Position numbers and translations under genes: made by a program
Notes under the pieces: generated by a model
Seen by the model: the letters and a program-made list of their open reading frames with translations, nothing else
Database searches by the model: none
What the model was told of the DNA's origin: nothing
Assembly (NCBI GenBank): GCA_046597055.1
Contig: JBKJLC010000254.1
Coordinates: 1 to 32,478 of the forward strand
Origin: Kofleriaceae bacterium
GTDB lineage: Bacteria > Myxococcota_A > Polyangia > Haliangiales > Haliangiaceae
Direction of reading: 5' to 3'
Length of the DNA: 32,478 nucleotides
Part shown: piece by piece, positions 9,966 to 24,586 of the stretch
Layout: the number at the start of each line of letters is the position of its first letter
Position numbering within the stretch: position 1 is the first letter of the stretch

Positions 9966-10946
9966 TCACCGGGCGGGCGGCCGCTCGTACGCGCGGTACG
10001 CGCGGCCCTCGATGGGCGCGGCCGCGACCCCGGGGGCGATCTCGAACTCGATCGGGAACGATCGGCCCTCGACGCCGTCGGGTCCGGCGGTCATCACCTG
10101 GAAGTGCAGGTGGGGGCGGGTCGAGAAGCCGGTGTTGCCCGAGCGCCCGATGTAGTCGAGGCGGCGGACCCGGTGGCCGGCGCGGGCGCGCACGCCGCCG
10201 GGCGCGAGGTGCAGGTACTCGCCGATGGTGCCGTCGTCGTGGCGGACCAGGATGAAGTTCATGCGCGTGTAGTCGAGCCACTCACCGGTCGCGCCGCGGT
10301 CGGTGGCGCCGTCGTGGGTGGCGACCACCAGGCCGTCGCGCGCGGCGAGGATCGGCGTACCCTCGGGGGCATCGAAGTCGATCGCGTAGTGGTTGGAGCC
10401 GCGGTGCGAGAAGCGCCCGCCGAAGCCCTGGATCACGCGCCGCTCCTGACCGACCCCGAACGGCAGCGCGTACGCGTAGCGGCGCGGGCGGGCGTCGGGA
10501 TGTCCGAACCGCGCCCGGAAGTCGAGGACGCGCCAGAACCGCTCGGCCGGGCCGACGATCGTGAAGTGGGTGAGCACCACGGTCGGACCCGGGCCGCCGC
10601 TTTCCAGCGACGCCGGCAGCGTGACCGCGCCCGCCGAGGGTGCGGTCGGGACCAGGTTGTCGAGGTCGCGCACGGACCACGCCACCGTGATCTCGACCGC
10701 GTAGTCGTTGCGCACGGTCTGGATCACGCGGCCGCCGTCCTGGCGCAGCTCGAAGTGCAGGCGGCCCCCATCGAAGACCAGGTCGTCGCGGCTGTCGACC
10801 AGCGTGCCCCAGCTCGCGGCGTCGACCGCGGACGCCGACGGCGCGGTCACCGGCCGGGGCAGCGTGGTCGCGTACACCGCCGGCGCCGGCCCCGGCTCGC
10901 AGCCGCACGCCAGCAGCGCGAGCGCGAGGAGCACGCCGCGGCTCAT
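9966..10946 (-). CDS. M23 family metallopeptidase lipoprotein, 326 aa
   Basis: Lipobox-like LLACGC; HYAIDF (HxxxD), YLHL, GNTGFSTRPHLHF. ATGA overlap with the kinase stop. Confidence 0.88.
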   Translation of the reverse strand: MSRGVLLALALLACGCEPGPAPAVYATTLPRPVTAPSASAVDAASWGTLVDSRDDLVFDGGRLHFELRQDGGRVIQTVRNDYAVEITVAWSVRDLDNLVPTAPSAGAVTLPASLESGGPGPTVVLTHFTIVGPAERFWRVLDFRARFGHPDARPRRYAYALPFGVGQERRVIQGFGGRFSHRGSNHYAIDFDAPEGTPILAARDGLVVATHDGATDRGATGEWLDYTRMNFILVRHDDGTIGEYLHLAPGGVRARAGHRVRRLDYIGRSGNTGFSTRPHLHFQVMTAGPDGVEGRSFPIEFEIAPGVAAAPIEGRAYRAYERPPAR

Positions 10947-12400
10947 GCCCGACCTCGGGCCGGGGACGGTGCGACCCCGCCGCGGCGGTACTGCACGCGG
11001 GTGCCGGCCGCGCGATCCCACAGCGTCCGCTTGTCGAGGCTGCGCCACGACACCCGGGCCAGGTCGACCGCGGGATAGGCGAGGCCGCCGATGACACACG
11101 CCTTGGCGATCATTCCCAGCAGCGAGATCTCGGCGGTGTGGCCGATCGCGTCGAGGCCGGCGCCGAGGGCCAGCAGCCCGTACTGGACCAGCCCACGGGT
11201 CAAGGCGGCCATGACGGTGGGTCGGCGCGAGGTGGCGTGATCGACGATCTCGAGCTCGAGCAGGGCATGGCCGGGGGTGGTCCCGAACCGCGTGAGCATG
11301 AGCGGGTAGAGCAGCGTGCCGAAGCTCATGAGCAGCGATCCGTCGTCGAGGCCGAGCACCATCGACAGCGGGCCGACCAGCATCATGACCGCGATCAGGT
11401 CGAAGAAGGTCGCGACGCCGCGCGACCAGAACCCGGCGGGGCGGGTGCGCACCGTGCTGGCGCGGTCGAGCGCGTCGATCAGCGCGTCGTAGCTGCTGAA
11501 CCGGTCCTCGGGCCGCTTGGCCATCATCCGGGCGATCACCTCATCGATCAGCCGCGTCGTGCGCCGCGCGCGCCCGACGATCGCCAGCGGCGGCCGGGCT
11601 CCGGTCTGGTGGCGCGACAGCAGGTCGGCCGCGGTGTCGCCCGCGAACGGCGGCGCGCCCGCGATCATGTGATGGAGGGTGGCGCCCAGCGCATAGATGT
11701 CGGCGCGAAGATCGACGGCCTCGCCCCGACCCTGCTCGGGCGCCATGTAGAGCGGGGTGCCGACCAGCGCCGAGGCGGCGACCGGCCCGCCCGGGGCTGC
11801 GGGGTCGCGATCGGCATCGGTGCTGGCCGCCACCAGCCCGAAGTCCATGACCTTGAGGATGCCGTTGCCGTCGATCATCAGGTTCGACGGCTTCACGTCG
11901 CGGTGGGTGAAGCCGGCCCGGTGGGCCTCACGCAGGCCCTGGGCCGCCATCCGCGCCAGCTCGATCGCGTCGTCGGGCGCGAGCGGCCCGCGCTCGAGCC
12001 GCTGGGCCAGGGTCTCGCCCGCGACGTGCTCCATCGCAAAGAAGACCCGGCCGGCATCCTCGCCGATGAAGTAGATGTGGCAGATGTTGGGGTGGTTGAG
12101 CCGGGCGACCGCGCGCGCCTCGCGCACCAGGCGCTCGCGCCGGCCCGGATCGCTGGCGACCGCCGCCGGCAGCAGCTTGACCGCGACCGGGCGGTCGAGG
12201 GCGAGGTCGGTGGCGAGCCAGACCTCGCCCATGCCGCCGTGGCCGAGCGGGCGCTCGACCCGGAAGTGCGCCAGCCGCGCTCCCGGGCCGAGGCTGGCGG
12301 CCGGGATCAGGTGCGCGCAGCTGCTGCCCGCCGCGGTCGCGGTGACGTCGACCGCCGCCCGGCGCTCGGCCACCGCGGTCGCGTCGAGCTCGATCGCCAC
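10943..12400 (-). CDS. Ser/Thr protein kinase with C-terminal RDD membrane domain, 485 aa
   Basis: LGHGGMGEV, VAVK, HRDVKPSN, DFG, GTPLYMAPE; RDD-like AGFWSRGVATFFD..TPG..KRTLWDRAAGTRV. Confidence 0.92.
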   Translation of the reverse strand: MAIELDATAVAERRAAVDVTATAAGSSCAHLIPAASLGPGARLAHFRVERPLGHGGMGEVWLATDLALDRPVAVKLLPAAVASDPGRRERLVREARAVARLNHPNICHIYFIGEDAGRVFFAMEHVAGETLAQRLERGPLAPDDAIELARMAAQGLREAHRAGFTHRDVKPSNLMIDGNGILKVMDFGLVAASTDADRDPAAPGGPVAASALVGTPLYMAPEQGRGEAVDLRADIYALGATLHHMIAGAPPFAGDTAADLLSRHQTGARPPLAIVGRARRTTRLIDEVIARMMAKRPEDRFSSYDALIDALDRASTVRTRPAGFWSRGVATFFDLIAVMMLVGPLSMVLGLDDGSLLMSFGTLLYPLMLTRFGTTPGHALLELEIVDHATSRRPTVMAALTRGLVQYGLLALGAGLDAIGHTAEISLLGMIAKACVIGGLAYPAVDLARVSWRSLDKRTLWDRAAGTRVQYRRGGVAPSPARGRA

Positions 12401-12412
12401 CGATGAATCCTA

Positions 12413-12574
12413 CTAGATCCGCGGGTGCTCGCAGAAGGCAGACCTCGCACCTGACTCGTGACCCCGCACCCCGGCGTCATTGGCAGACCTCGCACCTGAC
12501 TCGTGACCCCGTACCCCGGCATCATTGTTGACCGCTTCGCTCCGCTCGCTGGGGCTAGATCCGCGGGTGCTCGC
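12413..12574 (-). repeat. Dispersed repeat family B, copy 2, with 45-bp tandem duplication and 20-bp flanking direct repeats
   Basis: CTAGATCCGCGGGTGCTCGC at 12413-12432 and 12555-12574. The 45-bp units at 12437-12481 and 12482-12526 differ at 2 positions. Confidence 0.9.
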
Positions 12575-12660
12575 GACGCTCGCCAGCGGGGCTTGCACGG
12601 GCACCGCGTCCCTGGTACCGAAGCCTCGCGGCGGCCACCTGCCGCGGCGAGAGGTCTCCC

Positions 12661-14007
12661 ATGATCGAGCGCTACAGCCGTCCCGAGCTCACCGCGATGT
12701 GGTCGGATGGCGCCCGGTTCGCCCTCTGGCTCGAGATCGAGCTGGCTGTGTGCGAGGTGATGGAGCAGCCCATGTACGGCGGCCGGGTCCCGGTCGGCAC
12801 CGCCGCCGCGGTCCGCGCCCGGGCCGAGGGCCGGCTCGATCCCGCGCGGATCCTCGCGATCGAGCAGACCACCCGCCACGACGTGATCGCCTTCCTGACG
12901 CACGTCGAGGAGCTCGCCGGCGAGCCGGCCCGCTGGCTCCACCTCGGCATGACCTCGTCGGACGTGCTCGACTCGGCGCTCGCGCTGCAGACGATGAACG
13001 CGCTCGACGCGGTCCTCGCCGGGATCGACGGCCTCCAGGCCGCGCTGGCCGCCAAGGCCCGCACCCACGCCCGGACCCCGACGATGGGGCGCTCGCACGG
13101 CATCCACGCCGAGCCGATCACCGCCGGGCTGACCTTCGCCCGCTGGCACGCCGAGGTCGGCCGGGCCCGGACCCGGGTCGTGCGCGCGCGCGAGTCGATC
13201 GCGGTCGGCAAGATCGCCGGTGCGGTCGGCGTCTACGGCAACCTCGACCCGGCGATCGAGGCGGCTGCGCTCGCGCGCCTCGGCCTCACCGCCGAGACGG
13301 TCGCCACCCAGATCGTCGCGCGCGACCGTCACGCCGAGGTGCTGTGGGCGCTGGCCATGGTCGGCACCGCGATCGAGCAGATCTCGCTCGGCGTCCGCCA
13401 CTGGCAGCGCACCGAGGTCGGCGAGGCCGAGGAGGGGTTCGGCGCCGGCCAGAAGGGCTCGAGCGCGATGCCCCACAAGAAGAACCCGATCCTGTCGGAG
13501 AACCTGACCGGGCTGGCGCGCCTGCTGCGCGGCTACGCCGGCGCCGGGCTCGAGGACGTCGCGCTGTGGCACGAGCGCGACATCTCGCACTCGTCGGTCG
13601 AGCGGGTCAGCTTCCCCGACGCGACCATCCTCACCGACTTCATGCTGGCACGCGCGACCCGGCTGGTCAGCGACCTGGTCGTCCGCGAGGAGCGGATGCG
13701 CGCCAACCTCGAGGCCTCGGGCGGGCTGTACTTCTCGGAGGCGGTGCTGCTGGCGCTGGTCGGCAAGGGCCTGCCGCGCCAGGAGGCCTACGTCTTCGTC
13801 CAGCGCTGCGCCCACGCCGCCCTGCGCGAGGGCACCGCGATCGGTGCGCTGGCGCCCCCGGGTCGCTTCCGCGCCCTCCTCGGCGCGGACCCCGAGGTCG
13901 CGCGCCACCTGACCGCGGCCGACCTCGACGCCTGCTTCGACCTCGAGCACCACCTGCGCCACGCGCCGGCGATCCTGTCCCGCGCGCTCGGCGACCCAGC
14001 CCCGTAA
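12661..14007 (+). CDS. purB: Adenylosuccinate lyase
   Basis: [56 protein letters not shown]. Confidence 0.97.
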   Translation: MIERYSRPELTAMWSDGARFALWLEIELAVCEVMEQPMYGGRVPVGTAAAVRARAEGRLDPARILAIEQTTRHDVIAFLTHVEELAGEPARWLHLGMTSSDVLDSALALQTMNALDAVLAGIDGLQAALAAKARTHARTPTMGRSHGIHAEPITAGLTFARWHAEVGRARTRVVRARESIAVGKIAGAVGVYGNLDPAIEAAALARLGLTAETVATQIVARDRHAEVLWALAMVGTAIEQISLGVRHWQRTEVGEAEEGFGAGQKGSSAMPHKKNPILSENLTGLARLLRGYAGAGLEDVALWHERDISHSSVERVSFPDATILTDFMLARATRLVSDLVVREERMRANLEASGGLYFSEAVLLALVGKGLPRQEAYVFVQRCAHAALREGTAIGALAPPGRFRALLGADPEVARHLTAADLDACFDLEHHLRHAPAILSRALGDPAP

Positions 14008-14021
14008 CTTCGAGGAGCCTG

Positions 14022-15013
14022 ATGCGCCCCGACCTCGACGCCATCCTCCACGCCCAGCTCGGTCGCACCCTCGACCGCACCAGCTTCGCGAGCCTGGCCG
14101 GGCGCCCGCGGATCACGCGCTACGACGGCAAGGTGCGCGACTGTTACATCGACGCCGAGCACGGCGAGCGGGTGATCGTTGTCACCGACCGGCTGTCGGC
14201 GTTCGACGTCGTGATCGGCACCATCCCGTTCAAGGGCCAGGTGCTCAACCAGATCGCGCAGTACTGGTTCGACGCGACCGCGGCGATCGCGCCCAACCAC
14301 GTGGTGTCGTCGCCCGATCCCAACGTGATGATCGGCCGCGAGTGCCGGCCGCTCGCGGTCGAGCTGGTCATGCGCGCGTACCTGACCGGGGTCACCTCGA
14401 CCTCGATCTGGAAGGCCTACCAGCAGGGCGCGCGGACCTTCTGCGGCCACCCGCTGCCGGACGGGCTGCGCAAGAACCAGCCGCTGCCGCACCCGATCCT
14501 CACCCCGTCGACCAAGGCGGCCAAGGGCGGCCACGACGTCAGCGTCTCCGCCGACGAGCTGCTGGCGATGGGGCAGGTGACCCCGGCCGAGCTCGAGCAG
14601 GCCACCGCGATCGCGACCCGGCTGTTCGCGTTCGGCCAGGCCACCGCCGCCGCGCGCGGCCTGATCCTCGCCGACACCAAGTACGAGATGGGCGTCCGGC
14701 CCGACGGTACCGTGTGCGTGATCGACGAGATCCACACCCCCGACTCGTCGCGCTACTGGTTCGCCGACGACTACCAGGCCCGGCTCGCCCGCGGCGACGA
14801 GCCGCGCAGCCTCGACAAGGAGTTCGTGCGGCGCTGGCTGGTCGAGGAGGCCGGCTACCAGGGCGATGGCCCGCCGCCGCCGCTGGCCGAGCACGTCCGG
14901 GTCGAGGCCGCCCGCCGCTACATCGAGAGCTACGAGATCGTCACCGGGCGCGAGTTCGTGCCCGACCTGCGCGATCCGGTCGAGCGGATCGCGACGGCCC
15001 TGGGAGCCGCCTG

Positions 15014-15014
<1 letters not shown>
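14022..15014 (+). CDS. purC: SAICAR synthetase, 330 aa
   Basis: [68 protein letters not shown] upstream. Confidence 0.95.
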
Positions 15015-18864
<3,850 letters not shown>

Positions 18865-18865
<1 letters not shown>

Positions 18866-19464
18866 TGTTCCGGCGCTGGTCGGCCAACCTCGAGGCCGAG
18901 CACCTCGAGTGGAACCTGCGCACCGTCACGCCCCACATCGCGCCGGGCGCGCGCGTGCTCGACATCGGCGCGTGGGGCTGCGAGCTTGGCGCCGCCCTGC
19001 GCGACCGGGTCGGGGCCCGGGTCGTGTGCACGGACGTGGTCGACAAGAACCGCACCGACGTCGAGCTGCGCCTGATGAAGGACGGCCGGCTGCCGGTCGC
19101 GGACGACGAGCGGTTCGACGTCGTGCAGCTGCTCTACGTGCTGCACCACGCCGCCGACGATCTCGCGCTCCTGCGCGAGGCGCGCCGGGTGCTGGCGCCG
19201 GGCGGCCGGGTGCTGGTCGGTGAGGACCGGGTCGAGACCTGGGCCGAGCGGGTCCGCACCGTGCTCTTCCACGTCTGGCTGCTGATGTTCACGTTCATGG
19301 GCTGGAAGGGCCGGTTCCGGCCGATCGCCGGGTGGCGCGAGCGCTTCGCGGCCGCCGGCCTGGCCGTCGTCGAGGTCGTCCAGCTCGGCTCGTCGCACCG
19401 GCTGTTTCCCCGCAACATGCTGTTCGTGCTCGCGCCGTCCGACGCCGCGGGCGAGCGCACTTGA
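18865..19464 (+). CDS. Class I SAM-dependent methyltransferase, 199 aa
   Basis: VLDIGAWG, FDVVQLLYVLHH, LREARRVLAPGG; TGATG coupling to purL. Confidence 0.88.
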
Positions 19465-19491
19465 TCTGAATCGTCGGCGGCCCGCGCCGGC

Positions 19492-19974
19492 TCAGACGAT
19501 CGGCAGCAGCCACACGACGGCGCTGGTGGTCGCCAGCACCGCGCGCGCGACCGAGGTCGCCCGCCGGGTGCGCCGCATGCCGAACAGCCCGACCACCTCG
19601 GCCGCGCCGCTGCGCAGCGACAGGACGCCCGGCACCGCGCCGAGGCAGCTGATGCCGACCGCGATCTGGGCGGCGAGGCTCGGCGGCTGCGCCATGAACG
19701 CGAGCGGCCAGACCGCGCCGATCAGGAAGATCTCGGCCACGACCAGGATGGCGAGGCCCCAGCGAAACCCGGCCAGCAGGGCGAGCGCGCCGATCGCCAG
19801 GGTCGCGGCCAGCTCGGGGCTGTGCGCGTGACCGGGGAGGGGCATGGCCGCGACCGCCGCCAGCAGGCCGGTGATGCCCAGCAGCCGCTCCCGACGAACG
19901 CGACCCACGGCCCCCGCCGAAGGTGCTGAAACCTCACGACCCCTGGCTACGGCGGTGTCTGAGATGTCGTCCAC
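19492..19974 (-). CDS. Hypothetical membrane protein, ~160 aa
   Basis: Four to five hydrophobic segments; GTG 19974 has TACATT 7 nt upstream. Confidence 0.7.
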   Translation of the reverse strand: MDDISDTAVARGREVSAPSAGAVGRVRRERLLGITGLLAAVAAMPLPGHAHSPELAATLAIGALALLAGFRWGLAILVVAEIFLIGAVWPLAFMAQPPSLAAQIAVGISCLGAVPGVLSLRSGAAEVVGLFGMRRTRRATSVARAVLATTSAVVWLLPIV

Positions 19975-20137
19975 AGATACGAATGTAATCGATTCGGTAC
20001 ACGGAGCCAGACAATTGTCGAAGTAGTGCGACGATTGTCGCACGCACTGTGCGAAGGCGCGCACCGGTCCGCACGGTTCCCGCTCGGTCGGTGCGGCACG
20101 TCTGGCCGCTCACCACCCTGCGTGGCACTCTCGGATC

Positions 20138-20518
20138 ATGTCCTGGCTGCTCATCAAGCTCGGAGTCCGGCTGCTCGGCTTCATCGCGGTCTTCTGGCTG
20201 GCGACCCGCCGCAACTCCAAGGTGAAGATCCAGCCGCGCTGGGCGCTCCCGCTGGTCGCGAGCCTGTTCGCGGTGATGAACACCGGCATGTACTGGCTGC
20301 TCAAGCCGGTCCTCAACCTGGCCACCTTCGGCGCCGCCTGGTTCGTCCTGCCGCTCGCGATCAATCTCGCCTTCCTGATGGCGACGGCCCGCATCGTCGA
20401 GCGGAAGCGGTGGCTCGCGATCGACGGCGTGCGCGCGACCCTGTGGCTCGCGTTCGTCCTCACCGCCGCCCACGGCGTGTTCTGGCTCGGTCTCGAGTGG
20501 CTGCCGACCCGCCTCTAG
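20138..20518 (+). CDS. 4-TM membrane protein, YvlD / 'phage holin family IV'-like
   Basis: Four TM segments; LFAVMN..LLKPVLNLATFG..LAINLAFL pattern. Confidence 0.7.
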   Translation: MSWLLIKLGVRLLGFIAVFWLATRRNSKVKIQPRWALPLVASLFAVMNTGMYWLLKPVLNLATFGAAWFVLPLAINLAFLMATARIVERKRWLAIDGVRATLWLAFVLTAAHGVFWLGLEWLPTRL

Positions 20519-20586
20519 CCTGCCTCTAGCCGTCCCGCTGGGCAGGGCGCCCGGTCCGCTGGGAGCCGGATCCGGCCTTGACACAG

Positions 20587-20602
20587 TTCGATAACTATCG
20601 CA
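20587..20602. promoter_or_regulatory. Putative ArsR operator 1, inside a TTGACA promoter spacer
   Basis: TTCGAT-AACT-ATCGCA imperfect palindrome between TTGACA (20578-83) and ATCAAT (20602-07). Confidence 0.6.
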
Positions 20603-20613
20603 TCAATGCGGAC

Positions 20614-20928
20614 GTGGCCGAACGCGACGTCAAGCGCCTGTCGCGCGTCTTCAAGGCGCTGTCGAACCCGAACCGGCTGGAGCTGTTCCTCAACCTGCTC
20701 GAGGAGAGCCGGCTCGACCTGGCCAAGGGCCGGGTCCACGACTGCTTCCTGGCCCCGATCATCGCCAGGCTCGATCTGGCCATCGGCGCCCCGACCGTCT
20801 CGCATCACGTGAAGGAGCTGGTCGACGCCGGGCTCATCGAGACCGAGCGCGACGGCAAGCAGCTGGTCTGCACGGTCCGGCCCGACGTGATGCGCGAGCT
20901 GCGCGAGCTGTTCGCGACCGACCGCTGA
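20614..20928 (+). CDS. ArsR/SmtB family transcriptional regulator, 104 aa
   Basis: VFKALSNPNRLELF..GAPTVSHHVKELVDAGLIETERDGK. Confidence 0.9.
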   Translation: MAERDVKRLSRVFKALSNPNRLELFLNLLEESRLDLAKGRVHDCFLAPIIARLDLAIGAPTVSHHVKELVDAGLIETERDGKQLVCTVRPDVMRELRELFATDR

Positions 20929-20979
20929 CCCACCGGCGGTCGGGCCCAGGCCCCGCCGGGTCCAGCCGCGGGTTGATAG

Positions 20980-20995
20980 TTCGATAGTTATTAAA
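20980..20995. promoter_or_regulatory. Putative ArsR operator 2
   Basis: TTCGAT-AGTT-ATTAAA. It shares AGTTCGATA with operator 1 and lies upstream of the oxidoreductase gene. Confidence 0.55.
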
Positions 20996-21051
20996 ACGTC
21001 AAAATTTGCGCCCGCCTCGGGCCGTCCACGCCTCTTCAGACCGGAGCACCC

Positions 21052-22053
21052 ATGTCCCACGCCATCACGATCGAGAAGTACGGCCCCGCCAGCAACCTCA
21101 CCCTCCGCGAGCAGCCGGCGGTGCCGCCGGGCCCCGGCGAGATCGCGATCGACGTGAAGTACTCCGGCGTGAACTTCGCGGACATCCAGATGCGGCTCGG
21201 CTTCTACCCGGACGCGCCGAAGCGCCCGTTCGTGCCCGGCTACGAGGTGTCGGGCACGGTCGGCGAGGTCGGCGCCGGCGTCACCGGCTTCCAGCGCGGC
21301 GATCAGGTCGTGGCCGGCACCTACTTCGGCGGCTACGCCTCGCAGGTGACCATCCCGGCCCGCCAGGTGTTCCGGCTCCCGCGCAACGCCACCCTCGAGG
21401 CCGGCGCCGCGCTGCCGGTGAACTTCTTCACCGCCCAGCTGGCGCTGCACGAGATGGCTCGGGTCCGCGCCGGCGACAAGGTGCTGGTCGAGTGCGCGAC
21501 CGGCGGCGTCGGCGTGCTTGCGATCCAGCTCGCGCGCAAGGCCGGCGCCGAGGTGGTGGGGCTGACCACCAGCGCGCACAAGAAGCCGTTCATCGAGGCG
21601 CTCGGTGCCCGCGCGTACACCCGCGCCGAGTTCGACGCCGACCCCAGCATCGCGGGCTTCGACATCATCATCAATGCCTCGGGCGGGGCCGAGGTCGAGC
21701 CTCAGCGCAAGCGGCTCGCGATCACGGGCCGCATCGTCTGCCTCGGGATGAGCTCGGGCGTGCGCGACGGCAAGCGCAACCTCGCGCGGATGGCACTGGC
21801 GGTGATCCGCATGCCGCGCATCTCGCTGCTCAAGCTGTTCGACGCCAACACCGGCGTCTACGCGCTCAACGCCCTCCACGTCCTGCGCGATCCAGTCTGG
21901 GCTGCGCGGCTCACCGCGTCGCTGGCGACCGTCGACGAGCTCGACCTGCGCCCGCACGTCGGCAAGGTGTTCGCGGCCGCCGATGCCGCCGCCGCCCACG
22001 CGTTCCTCGAGACCAAGCAGGCGACCGGCAAGGTCCTCCTGGCCTGGAGCTGA
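21052..22053 (+). CDS. Zn-independent MDR oxidoreductase (NADPH:quinone reductase / VAT-1-like), 333 aa
   Basis: GVNFAD..G.YP..PFVPGYEVSG, ATGGVG, ATGKVLL; SD GGAG. Confidence 0.9.
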   Translation: MSHAITIEKYGPASNLTLREQPAVPPGPGEIAIDVKYSGVNFADIQMRLGFYPDAPKRPFVPGYEVSGTVGEVGAGVTGFQRGDQVVAGTYFGGYASQVTIPARQVFRLPRNATLEAGAALPVNFFTAQLALHEMARVRAGDKVLVECATGGVGVLAIQLARKAGAEVVGLTTSAHKKPFIEALGARAYTRAEFDADPSIAGFDIIINASGGAEVEPQRKRLAITGRIVCLGMSSGVRDGKRNLARMALAVIRMPRISLLKLFDANTGVYALNALHVLRDPVWAARLTASLATVDELDLRPHVGKVFAAADAAAAHAFLETKQATGKVLLAWS

Positions 22054-22082
22054 GCAGCGCCAGCGCGGCGCGGCCGGGGCGA

Positions 22083-23066
22083 TCAGCCCGCGACTTCGCG
22101 CAGCTGACGGAGGAGATCGCGGGCCTGATCGACGTTGGAAGCGGCCTCCTTCATCGACTGGCGGATCAGCTCGAACGACGCGCGCGGGATCGTGTGCGAG
22201 TACTGGTCGAACTCGCCCTCGGCCGCCATCACCTCGATGCGCAGGCTCGACAGCACGTCGTTGAGCGCGGTCACGATCTCCTTGGCCTTGTCGCGGATCT
22301 CGACCGCGTGAATCACCTTGGCGCTGCCACCCTCGCGGAGCTGCTGGTCGTCGAGCTCCTTGACCCGCTTGGTGAGGCGCTCGACCTCGATCTCCTGCGA
22401 GGCCAGGTCGTTCTCGAGATCCTCCATCTTGCGGGCCTTCTCGGCCCCGTGCTTGCCGCCGCGGTAGACGCGGAGCTCGGCCTGCAGCTGCTCGATGCGG
22501 CGCCGCAGCCGGCGGATCTCTTCGTCGTTCTCGCTGGGCCCCGGGCTGCGCGCCCCCGATGCGCCGGCGTCGATCGCCTGCTGGGGCGGCGGGGCCTGAT
22601 TGCCCATCGGATTCTGCAGCGGCTGCACCCCCGGGATCGGCACCGCGGCCATCGCGTGGCCGGTCGGGCCGTGGGGGCTGGTGGGCCCGATCCCGGGATG
22701 CTGCTGCATCTGTTGCGGCGGCGGCGGCTGCGGGACCGGCGGCTGCGGGACCGGCTCCGCGGCCTGACCGAGCTGGGCGGTGTCGACGTAGCGGAGCCAC
22801 AGGCTGCCGCAGCGCACCGCGTCGCCGTGCTTGAGCAGGTGACTTTGCACCCGCTGCTCCTGATAGAAGATGCCGTTCGCGGACCCCAGGTCCTCGAGGA
22901 CGTAGCCGCCGCCGCCCCACAGCATGCGGGCGTGATGCCGGGAGACCATCGCGTCATCGGTGCGGATCGCACAGTCCATCGCCCGACCAATGCGGATCTC
23001 ACCGGCGCCGAGCTCGACCGCTCCTTCGATGCCTTGCGCGTCGCGCCAGAGAACCTTGGCAACCAC
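22083..23066 (-). CDS. FHA domain protein with Pro/Gln-rich linker and C-terminal coiled coil, 327 aa
   Basis: [17 protein letters not shown]; heptad-rich C-terminal half. Confidence 0.85.
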   Translation of the reverse strand: MVAKVLWRDAQGIEGAVELGAGEIRIGRAMDCAIRTDDAMVSRHHARMLWGGGGYVLEDLGSANGIFYQEQRVQSHLLKHGDAVRCGSLWLRYVDTAQLGQAAEPVPQPPVPQPPPPQQMQQHPGIGPTSPHGPTGHAMAAVPIPGVQPLQNPMGNQAPPPQQAIDAGASGARSPGPSENDEEIRRLRRRIEQLQAELRVYRGGKHGAEKARKMEDLENDLASQEIEVERLTKRVKELDDQQLREGGSAKVIHAVEIRDKAKEIVTALNDVLSSLRIEVMAAEGEFDQYSHTIPRASFELIRQSMKEAASNVDQARDLLRQLREVAG

Positions 23067-23170
23067 TGTGGGCTATTGTTAGCGAAGTCGCGAGGATCCA
23101 CAAGGTTTCGGCCCGGTCTGCGCGGGGTCCATGCTTGGCGCGGTCGGGTGGCCGTGGTACGGACGGGCGC

Positions 23171-24574
<1,404 letters not shown>

Positions 24575-24586
24575 AAGAGGGGGATC

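Noticed and set aside
12437..12526. CRISPR array
   Set aside because: Only two directly abutting 45-bp units, with no unique spacers and no cas genes.
12575..12660. Purine or ZTP riboswitch upstream of purB
   Set aside because: The leader is short and has no recognisable aptamer consensus.
20138..20518. Prophage inferred from the holin-like gene and peptidases
   Set aside because: YvlD-like proteins are common chromosomal genes, and there are no integrase, capsid or terminase genes.
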